This document shows positions 56,235 through 64,000 of a DNA stretch of 64,000 nt, in pieces. Source of the stretch: Candidatus Thorarchaeota archaeon (GTDB taxonomy: Archaea > Asgardarchaeota > Thorarchaeia > Thorarchaeales > Thorarchaeaceae). The notes under the pieces are model-generated. The model saw nothing but the letters and a program-made list of their open reading frames with translations. It searched no databases and had not been told where the DNA came from. The position numbers were made by a program, and so were the translations under genes. Location of the stretch: assembly GCA_003345545.1 (NCBI GenBank), contig PRDH01000078.1:1-64000 (forward strand), read 5' to 3'. How positions within the stretch are numbered: position 1 is the first letter of the stretch; every line of letters starts with the position of its first letter.

Positions 56235-56372
56235 ATATAGGACCTGGAACACGTGTTCTATCTATCTTCCTACACAAACTTGGAACACATGTTCTGTGTA
56301 TTTTCCATTACCACAAGACTGATACATTACTCTTAGTCAAGCTGCAATCAGGCTCAATTTGGAGGATCTTTA

Positions 56373-58265
56373 TTGTCCGAATTCCATGAACTACTTGAAA
56401 ACAAACCAGGGAAGAAAGTACTACTCCTAGCGAATGAGGCAATTGCACGAGGTGTCTTGGAAGCCGGAGTGCGCGTTGTTGCTCTCTATCCAGGAACACC
56501 CAGTAGCGAAATCGGCGACAATCTCACTCTCATGGCACCACATATTCCTAACTTCTATTTTGAATTCAGCACAAATGAGAAGGTCGCATTGGAAGTGGCT
56601 GGAGCCGCCGCAGTAGCTGGAGTCCGATCCATGATGGTGTGCAAGGGTCCTGGCTTGAATGTTGCTGCAGATCCCTTTTTGACGCTCGCATACGTCGGAG
56701 TTCGGGCTGGGATGGTCATAGTTGTTGCAGATGATCCCAGTATGTGGAGCTCACAAAACGAGAATGACAGTAGATACTATGCACTGATGGGGAATATGCC
56801 TATGATGGAACCCTCTGATCCCATCGAGGCAAAATCGATGCTTCTTGATGCATTCAAATTCTCAGAGATGTTTGAGCTCCCTGTACTCTTTAGAACAACC
56901 ACACGAGTGAACCATACGCGAGCACCTATTGAGTTCGAGGAGATACCTGTTCTGCCACACAAGGTGCAATTTCAAAAAGATCCGCTCCGATTTGTGCCAA
57001 TACCGTCTGTCGCAAGAACTCGTCATCCATGGCTTCTTAGTCAAATCGAAAAAGCTCGGGAATTCTCCGAAACCAGCACATTGAACTCTACGGAGGGACA
57101 GGGAGAACTGGGAATCATCACATCAGGTGTATCCTATAACTATGTCAAAGAGTCCCTTGCTCAGATGGGCATTCATGCGGAAGTCTTGAAACTTGGGATC
57201 ACTCATCCAATCCCAGAAAACAAGGTCACAGATTTTCTACGTCGCCATAGAAGAGTCATCACTGTCGAAGAGCTAGAACCATTCATCGAAACTCACGCTC
57301 GACGATTGGCTCAGCTCAACTCCATCAAAGTCGAGATTCTTGGCAAAGAACAAGGATACTTTTCGAAGGTAGGAGAATATAGTCCTCGTATCGTTATGGA
57401 GGCATTATGTAGACTCCAAAATTGTAATACACCTATTAACTGGCAAGACATTGACAAGAGATTTCATGGAATCTCCGACATTCCTCCGAGACCACCCCTT
57501 CTCTGTGCAGGCTGTCCTCATCGAGCCACCTACTACGCAATCCGAACAGCAACACGAGGAAAAGCTATCTATCCTTCAGATATCGGATGCTATACACTGA
57601 GCATTGCGCCGCCTCTGGAAACTGCAGACATCTTGTTCGATATGGGTTCATCGATAACTACAGCATGTGGACTCTCTGAGGTCACCGATCAGGATGTCGT
57701 TGCCACAATAGGTGACAGTACATTCTTCGCGTCAGGATTACCCGGGATAATCGATGCAGTATACAATCAACATCGAATGTGTCTGGTGGTACTAGACAAT
57801 CGAACGACTGCGATGACCGGTCAGCAGCCGCATCCAGGCACAGGAATTACAGGCATGCAGAAAGAGGTTCCAGCGATAGACATTGAAAAAGTCTGTAAAG
57901 GCCTTGGTGTCAACTACGTTAAGACGATTCATCCCTTCGAGTCGATAGCCGGTCTTGTTGGTAAAATAAGAGAGATGGTCAAATGGGCTAGGGACAATCA
58001 CAGCCCAGCAGTACTCATCTCAAGAGAACCATGTGCACTTTTGACAGCAGCCGATCGTCGCCGCCAAGGAATTCCATTACCCAAGTACTATGTTGAATCC
58101 GAAACCTGTACTGCGTGTAAACGTTGTCTCAATCGCTTATCCTGTCCAGCGATGTACGTGGATCCCGAAACAGAAAAAGCTGTCATTGATGACAATCTGT
58201 GTAATCTCTGCGGCACCTGTGTTGCAGTATGTCCCCAGGGTGCAATCAAGAGGGAGGAGAAATAG
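56373..58265 (+). CDS. iorA: Indolepyruvate:ferredoxin oxidoreductase alpha subunit
   Basis: NEAIARG, YPGTPSSE, NEKVALE, GLNVAADP, SSQNE.DSR, RPPLLCAGCPHR, DIGCY, GDSTF and a C-terminal 2x[4Fe-4S] region. Confidence 0.96.
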   Translation: MSEFHELLENKPGKKVLLLANEAIARGVLEAGVRVVALYPGTPSSEIGDNLTLMAPHIPNFYFEFSTNEKVALEVAGAAAVAGVRSMMVCKGPGLNVAADPFLTLAYVGVRAGMVIVVADDPSMWSSQNENDSRYYALMGNMPMMEPSDPIEAKSMLLDAFKFSEMFELPVLFRTTTRVNHTRAPIEFEEIPVLPHKVQFQKDPLRFVPIPSVARTRHPWLLSQIEKAREFSETSTLNSTEGQGELGIITSGVSYNYVKESLAQMGIHAEVLKLGITHPIPENKVTDFLRRHRRVITVEELEPFIETHARRLAQLNSIKVEILGKEQGYFSKVGEYSPRIVMEALCRLQNCNTPINWQDIDKRFHGISDIPPRPPLLCAGCPHRATYYAIRTATRGKAIYPSDIGCYTLSIAPPLETADILFDMGSSITTACGLSEVTDQDVVATIGDSTFFASGLPGIIDAVYNQHRMCLVVLDNRTTAMTGQQPHPGTGITGMQKEVPAIDIEKVCKGLGVNYVKTIHPFESIAGLVGKIREMVKWARDNHSPAVLISREPCALLTAADRRRQGIPLPKYYVESETCTACKRCLNRLSCPAMYVDPETEKAVIDDNLCNLCGTCVAVCPQGAIKREEK

Positions 58266-58880
58266 ATGAATGCCAATAATCATAACACGATAAACATCGC
58301 AATCACTGGCGTAGGAGGCCAAGGTGTTCTAACCCTTGCAGAGATACTCGCAAAGGCCGCGCTAGCTGAGCAGCTCAATGTGAGAGTCGGAGAAATCCAT
58401 GGGATGGCTCAACGCGGTGGTCATGTTGTTTGCACAGTGAGGATAGGTACAGATGCTATGGGTCCAATCATTGACTCAGGCACTGCAGACCTACTTGTAG
58501 GTTTTGAACCAGTAGAAACCTTGAGAGAGATTCATCTGATAAAGAAGAACGGGTGTGTGCTGATGAGCTCACATGTTCAATACCCCGTTGCTGTTTCTAT
58601 GGGAACAACAGAGTATCCCACACACGAATCGATCCTCCAATCAATCAGGGGATTTACAAAGCGCATCATTGATTTTGATGCAATGGATCTTGCTCAGAAT
58701 TCTGGAAGCTCCTATGCTCTCAACATGGTGATGTTTGGAGCAATCATCGGCACCGGTATTGTTCCCATCAGCAAGGAATCTGCCTTGCGTGCTATCCGAG
58801 AATCATTTCCTAAGAAATTTGAGAAAATCAACATACAAGCCGCTGAGGCTGGTTTCGATAGAGTCAAATCATGCGTGTGA
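58266..58880 (+). CDS. iorB: Indolepyruvate:ferredoxin oxidoreductase beta subunit
   Basis: GVGGQGVL, EIHGMAQRGGHV, FEPVE, NMVMFGA. Confidence 0.95.
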   Translation: MNANNHNTINIAITGVGGQGVLTLAEILAKAALAEQLNVRVGEIHGMAQRGGHVVCTVRIGTDAMGPIIDSGTADLLVGFEPVETLREIHLIKKNGCVLMSSHVQYPVAVSMGTTEYPTHESILQSIRGFTKRIIDFDAMDLAQNSGSSYALNMVMFGAIIGTGIVPISKESALRAIRESFPKKFEKINIQAAEAGFDRVKSCV

Positions 58881-58897
58881 TACTCGTATTACTAGTA

Positions 58898-61279
58898 TCA
58901 GCTATCCTGATTGGCGAGTCTGGCTGCTGCTGCTGCTACTTGACCTACTGATACTCCTCCGTCACCTGGCGGCACCAGAGAGTGAAAGAGGGGAACCAAT
59001 CTGTATTGGCGAACCTGATTCTCAATCGAAGCAGTCACTATCCGGTTGAGTGCGACGCCGCCAGAGAATCCGACATGCAGTAATTCCTGATCAATTGCTA
59101 CATCACATGCAATCTTTGCTAGACTCTCACCTAGATGCCACTGGGCAGCATAGGCCAACTCTGCTCTATTCACACCTCTCTCTCTCATATCAAGTATCTC
59201 TAGCAATGAATGGGTCGTATCCAACACTGGACCATGATCCGAGTTGACGATATCAGAATCAATTCGGAGATTGGTGTGCCGAGCAGCAGCCTCTAATTTC
59301 ATCGGGCATTCTCCGTCGTATGAATTCTCAGAAGAGATTCCAAGTGCAAGCGCTACCGCATCAAGAAACCTACCAGCGCTTGTACTTGTTACTGTGTTTA
59401 GTTTCTTATTCTCGGCCTCAAGCAAAGTGTCTACAACACTTTCAGAAACTTGAGTGTTCGGACCTACAAACGATGGACCCAAGACTTCAAGGAGTCTATC
59501 TCTTTCTAAATTCTCACCTACTATTCCAATCAGCGATCTAGCCGCATATGTAGCTGATAGGTCTCCGCCGGTATACTCTTGCGCTTTCAGCCCACCTCGT
59601 CGTACTGATTTACTGTAATCACCGACAAGAATCTCACCACCCCACGCATTTCCATCCAGTCCAAGACCGAATCCATCTGCTGTAATACAAACAATACGAC
59701 TATCACATGGCATCAATCCATCAACCATTATGGAAGCAAGATGTGCGTGGTGATGGTTCACACGAAAAAGTGGGGTTTCATACTCAGCAGCCATCCGTTC
59801 TGCCAAATCTGTACTCAGGAATTCCGGATGTAGATCACATGAAACGGCATCTGGTCTGTTGACATCCAACAGACGCAGCACATGGTTAATTGCCTCTGAT
59901 AGAAAATCGATGTTCTCAACCTGATTCGTGTCACCAATATGCTGTGTCATGTAAATCCGGCACGATCTTAAAATGGAACCAGTCGCCTTCTCTTCTGGGC
60001 CTACACCAATTACTCTGAGTGTTTTCCATGGGCCATCAAAAAGAATTGGTTCTGGTACATATCCTCTTGCACGTCTGATGAAGACCGGGTTTCTGTTGTC
60101 GATTAGTTTGACTACGGAGTCATCTGAGCGCTGCTGTATTCTTCTGTTGTGCACCAGGAAATAATCAGCAATCTCCCGAAGATCCCTCATGATGATATTG
60201 GGTTCGATGTACATAGGCAATCCTGTGGGATTGGCACTGGTCATGACCAAAGCTGGTTCATCAATACACCTGAAGAGAAGATGGTGCATTGGGCTATACG
60301 GCAGCATGACTCCAACAGTGTCCAGTCCAGGTGAAATGAAGTCCAATGACTCACTAGGTATTACTTGTAATACTCCTCTATACTTCGGTGAATCCTTGGA
60401 TACTTTCGAAACCAGTACGATAGGTTTCCTCCAGGATGTGAGAATCTTCTCCTCAAGCTTACTGATGGGAGCTAGATGCTTGAGCATAGTGAGATCTCTA
60501 AACATAATCGCAAAAGGACGTTGAGATCTTTTCTTCCTTAGTCTTAGAGTTTCTATTGGCCTATAGTCACTTGTCTTTGTGGCAATATGAGTTCCTGATA
60601 TTCCTTGAATAGCAATGACGGCCCCATTAGCAAGCAACCGCGCGGCAGTTTTGATGGAGTCTGTGTCAGCAATCTGATTCCCTCTATTATCCATTAATCG
60701 ATAGTTGGGGCCACAAGTTGCACAGGCCGTAGTCTGAGCATGATACCGACGGTCAAGTGGCTCAGTATAACTGGTATTACAAGTATTACACAATGGAAAG
60801 TCTACCATCGTGGTGTTGGGCCTGTCATATGGCAGGTCGGTGATAGTTGAGAACCTAGGTCCACAGGCAGCGCATGATGTGAATGGATAGAGGTACCAGC
60901 GAGAGTTAGGATCAGAAAGATCATTTACACAGTCATCACATATTGCAATATCCGGCGGCAGTATTGGAATTGCATCTTCATTTCTAGTGACTAAAGATTC
61001 GTGAATTTGGAAATCCCTGAACGAACCCTGCGGAGCAGTCCACTCTACCTCCAATGTATCAATACGTGATATTGAGGGTGAGTCGCTTCTGATGCTCCTG
61101 ATTAGTTTCTTGATACGCTTGTCATCGCCCTCAACTATAATCTGAACGCCTGCATCACCAAGGTTCAACACATACCCCAGAAGTGACAAGGATTTTGCCA
61201 TGCGATAGACAAAAGGTCTGAATCCTACTCCTTGAACGATTCCTGTCACGTGAATAGTTGCTCTGGTATTCACCATCAT
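58898..61279 (-). CDS. hypF: Hydrogenase maturation carbamoyltransferase HypF
   Basis: Acylphosphatase VTGIVQGVGFRPF, CxxC zinc fingers, RRYHAQ, MTSAN, RRARGY, HHHAH, SGGVALN, PPGDGG. Confidence 0.97.
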   Translation of the reverse strand: MMVNTRATIHVTGIVQGVGFRPFVYRMAKSLSLLGYVLNLGDAGVQIIVEGDDKRIKKLIRSIRSDSPSISRIDTLEVEWTAPQGSFRDFQIHESLVTRNEDAIPILPPDIAICDDCVNDLSDPNSRWYLYPFTSCAACGPRFSTITDLPYDRPNTTMVDFPLCNTCNTSYTEPLDRRYHAQTTACATCGPNYRLMDNRGNQIADTDSIKTAARLLANGAVIAIQGISGTHIATKTSDYRPIETLRLRKKRSQRPFAIMFRDLTMLKHLAPISKLEEKILTSWRKPIVLVSKVSKDSPKYRGVLQVIPSESLDFISPGLDTVGVMLPYSPMHHLLFRCIDEPALVMTSANPTGLPMYIEPNIIMRDLREIADYFLVHNRRIQQRSDDSVVKLIDNRNPVFIRRARGYVPEPILFDGPWKTLRVIGVGPEEKATGSILRSCRIYMTQHIGDTNQVENIDFLSEAINHVLRLLDVNRPDAVSCDLHPEFLSTDLAERMAAEYETPLFRVNHHHAHLASIMVDGLMPCDSRIVCITADGFGLGLDGNAWGGEILVGDYSKSVRRGGLKAQEYTGGDLSATYAARSLIGIVGENLERDRLLEVLGPSFVGPNTQVSESVVDTLLEAENKKLNTVTSTSAGRFLDAVALALGISSENSYDGECPMKLEAAARHTNLRIDSDIVNSDHGPVLDTTHSLLEILDMRERGVNRAELAYAAQWHLGESLAKIACDVAIDQELLHVGFSGGVALNRIVTASIENQVRQYRLVPLFHSLVPPGDGGVSVGQVAAAAARLANQDS

Positions 61280-61444
61280 TACTCCTTTCGGATGTGGACT
61301 GTACATTGAATATTAATCCAGTGAATCGACAATATCCTGAGATGAACGCTCTGGGCATACCGATTCGCTATATCTGCTACAATCTCTGAAGCATTTTCCT
61401 ATATGTCCTCTTAAGATGGGACAGGCATTAATACATGATAGGCC

Positions 61445-61855
61445 TTGACCACTAGTACCCATATTACAGCAGCGATACGTGATCCAGAGGCAACCGTATC
61501 CGTCTTGGCAGCAATTCCAGACTGCCTGAAGAGCACCCTGCTAGATACGAACAGCGAAATGAAATCAAGGAAATCAACTCTCATCTCAAGCAACAATCTC
61601 ACGAACCGGTTCATATTGTCTAGATGGGGCATTCGACCATCACAGCGGAGGAGGTACAAGAATCTATTCGTTTCAATTCGAAAACACTGCCGTATTCTTT
61701 TTCAGCACTATTTACTTCAGGGCAGAATAGAATGGATTGATAGCTCAGGTCGACACATCTTTGGTATATACAAGTTTGATGAAGTCCGTGGTAATCTCAT
61801 TCTTGGGTTCGTTGAGATGAATTCAAAGTCAGAATGGACTCTATCTCATCGATAG
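61445..61855 (+). CDS. Hypothetical basic protein
   Basis: 136-aa ORF filling an intergenic gap; no family recognised. Confidence 0.55.
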   Translation: MTTSTHITAAIRDPEATVSVLAAIPDCLKSTLLDTNSEMKSRKSTLISSNNLTNRFILSRWGIRPSQRRRYKNLFVSIRKHCRILFQHYLLQGRIEWIDSSGRHIFGIYKFDEVRGNLILGFVEMNSKSEWTLSHR

Positions 61856-62051
61856 TATCTTGTATTGCATGTATTACAAGTATGAGCAAATGAGCAGAAT
61901 GATATTTAAGAGCCCGAGCTTCTGTATACGATTTTGTATCCGCACAGCAGAACTAATCTCCGCTGTGAGAGAACACCTCAAAGCCAGTCTGAGAGGTCAT
62001 TCCAGACGCCTTGACATAATCGATGCATCAACATGATGGGGAATTCATGCG

Positions 62052-62600
62052 ATGGACAAAGAAACTGACCTGCGATCCAATAGGAAAAGTATCAGAGAAC
62101 TGACATCAGGAGCAAGGCAAGTACTCCAAGAACCGATTTTCAGGATACTCCAAGCAGGGTCTGTTCTTAGTGAAACCCAGCTTGAAACGCTCCTAATCGA
62201 CCTAGTGGTGGAGGATGGCTATGGAACACACATCACATATGAAGACAAAGCATCAATCCGCTCTGGGACTGGAACAAGGACGAAAGGCGTATCGAGGGGT
62301 GCCTTCAATAGAACACTGAAGCAAGCCCGGAGAAACATAACCAGCTGTTTCTATACAATGTTACTTCTTACATACCTTGGACTATTTGAGCTCACAATAT
62401 TTCGCCCCTTTGAAGAGGTTGCAACGCGCATAGGTGACTATAGAAGAATACGCGAGATTCTTGCTGGGAAGTCGGAGCTAACTAAAGAAGACTTAGAGAG
62501 TATCAAAGTGACCGAACGTGCAATCACATCCATCCTGGAAGAGCTCTCATCATCACTTGCTTTGAAGACTGATATCTCAAGAAAAAGATCGAGTGAGTAG
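62052..62600 (+). CDS. Conserved archaeal hypothetical HTH-like protein
   Basis: LSETQLETLLID..VSRGAFNRTLKQARRNI..FYTMLLLTYLG, a helix-turn-helix-like pattern. Confidence 0.7.
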   Translation: MDKETDLRSNRKSIRELTSGARQVLQEPIFRILQAGSVLSETQLETLLIDLVVEDGYGTHITYEDKASIRSGTGTRTKGVSRGAFNRTLKQARRNITSCFYTMLLLTYLGLFELTIFRPFEEVATRIGDYRRIREILAGKSELTKEDLESIKVTERAITSILEELSSSLALKTDISRKRSSE

Positions 62601-63106
62601 TCTATTGGACTGGATTCTGTATCAGACACATTGAACACCTATCACACTAAGATACACTCTTCATGGATAGAGCACGAAAAAGAAATGGCTCGAGCGTGTC
62701 GCACACAGAAGCACGACCGATGTGTAAGATCACAGTCTAACACTAGTACATTCAAGCTACAATTGAGTCATCCTGGAAGTTCTTGAGGAGATAGAGATGA
62801 CACTGAAAGTGCCTGAGATGTCAGAGAGATTGTGATCCAATGACACCAGCCTTTCTTCCATTGTCACGACACACTCATACTACGCCTGTCACAATTACTA
62901 CATAGTTCTAATCATAGAACGGGAGTATTCGAATGAAATTGATTCACACGAGGCATCATAGGTTCCGTATATCAGTACTTACTGGCATGCTAATACTTGT
63001 AATACAAGAAATACAAAGCTTAATGCAGAACAACACACCTAAACTTATAGCAGGAAGGGAACCATTCACTCGCATATATCCTCTATAGAGTCCATGAGGT
63101 TCCTCT

Positions 63107-64000
63107 TTGCCAGAAGATGATAACCGTGCGGCGATTTTGAAGGCCGCCAAAGAACGTGCTAAGCAGTCGGAAGAACATCACATTATACAATTGCTAGCTG
63201 ATGCTGTCGGTGAGCGAAGAGACCGCGACCTGCTTGATCTGCTCTCTCACATTGAGCGAGAAAGGGGATGGCCGGACACTTTGGGATTTCTCATGAGGGC
63301 TCAAGAATTCAGCTACTCCCTCCCTGTAGGTGAAGGAGTGGATAAGACCAAGGTCGAAGACCTAAAGTACAGAGAGATGTTATTCTCTCTACTGGGATGC
63401 CGAGGACTTGAACCCATCCACACGAGTACTGAAGAACTTCTTATTCGGATGAAGAACGAACACTCGCTAACAGAAGCCTCTCTCTCATTACGTGAATACA
63501 TCGAGTCGGTCGCTAGAAAGCAAATAGAAACAGGTGATACTCTCTTCTTCAGTTCAAATGACCTTGATGTTCAAATCTCAGAAGATCTTTCTCAACTGCT
63601 TGAGCGTTTGAATCGGGAAGCGGCCCAAGGATTGACCTTGGAGAGGAAGGATAGTGAAGTCAACATTGTCCCCCTTTGGTACTGCGAAACAGTCCGCCAG
63701 ATTTTATCCGAGTATGGAATCAAGGGATACACCATTGACTCAAAGAAGTTGGAAGAGCTATTAACTGTAATACGATATCCAATTATTATCAGCGACATTG
63801 ATCAATATACAGTAGTACCGAAACAAGTGCTTCATTCCTCCAATCTGGCATATCGTGATTTGCACGACTGCATCATTCGACACGATGGTGATGGATTATG
63901 CGGTCTCTCAAGCAGGCATTCATTTGCTACATTGAGGTTCATGCTTCAGGACGTACTCGACATCTATACCAAGGACCCATCAAGCGAAAATTATAGACGC
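63107..64000 (+). CDS. Hypothetical helical protein (partial, runs off the window)
   Basis: TTG start after GAGGT; MPEDDNRAAILKAAKER..LKYREMLFSLLGCRGLEP; the frame appears open to the window end. Confidence 0.7.
   Translation, partial: MPEDDNRAAILKAAKERAKQSEEHHIIQLLADAVGERRDRDLLDLLSHIERERGWPDTLGFLMRAQEFSYSLPVGEGVDKTKVEDLKYREMLFSLLGCRGLEPIHTSTEELLIRMKNEHSLTEASLSLREYIESVARKQIETGDTLFFSSNDLDVQISEDLSQLLERLNREAAQGLTLERKDSEVNIVPLWYCETVRQILSEYGIKGYTIDSKKLEELLTVIRYPIIISDIDQYTVVPKQVLHSSNLAYRDLHDCIIRHDGDGLCGLSSRHSFATLRFMLQDVLDIYTKDPSSENYRR

Larger units (their letters stand above)
55655..56294. repeat. Four dispersed GAAC-N4-GTTC palindromes (55655, 55999, 56247, 56283)
   Basis: GAACATGTGTTC, GAACACGTGTTC, GAACACGTGTTC and GAACACATGTTC read directly. 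Confidence 0.8.

Noticed and set aside
55655-56294. CRISPR array suggested by repeats next to a Cas2-like ORF
   Set aside because: The repeats are only 12 bp, irregularly spaced (344, 248 and 36 bp) and no cas genes are present
58898-61279. Hydrogenase operon
   Set aside because: Only hypF is present; scattered hyp genes are ordinary in archaea
1503-63798. Numerous 60-125 aa ORFs antisense to or nested in long genes
   Set aside because: They are contained in well-supported genes, have no recognisable motifs and show composition typical of antisense frames

Overview
This is a gene-dense archaeal chromosomal segment, most likely from an Asgard archaeon and probably Thorarchaeia-like. That assignment is inferred from the tandem-Roadblock/MglA-type GTPase locus, the Rpo8 subunit, the GINS23-MCM/RFC/Cdc6 cluster and the multi-intron tRNAs. 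Housekeeping content includes KEOPS (Kae1, Bud32, Pcc1), uS15, uS10, Lsm, NurA-HerA, PyrG, GPN GTPase, Trm11, Hel308, MCM, GINS23, RFC, TruA, Orc1/Cdc6, KorA, IorAB, GlmS, IPK, HypF and three tRNAs: Pro-GGG with two introns, Gly-CCC, and Glu-CTC with a D-stem intron. Four things stand out. (1) A tightly coupled three-gene operon (12.1-14.6 kb) encodes a tandem Roadblock protein, a putative stand-alone DENN/folliculin-like protein and an MglA-type small GTPase; it is a candidate prokaryotic GTPase switch resembling Ragulator/Rag/FLCN. (2) A dispersed surface/DNA-transfer locus (33.8-49.5 kb) contains a divergent TFB, a CpaF-type ATPase, a Flp-like pilin behind a structured leader RNA, two Ig-like surface proteins, a 1265-aa membrane-anchored VirB4/HerA ATPase and a VirB2-like small membrane protein. 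(3) ORB-type origin recognition boxes lie at about 51.9 and 56.1-56.2 kb, roughly 20 kb from cdc6, interleaved with a recurring GAAC-N4-GTTC palindrome. (4) There are pseudo-enzymes (a degenerate GAN/Cdc45 and a SufS homolog lacking the PLP lysine) and a split AASS (LKR plus SDH). No CRISPR array, rRNA or recognisable mobile element was seen. All protein calls come from motif recognition by eye, not from database searches.
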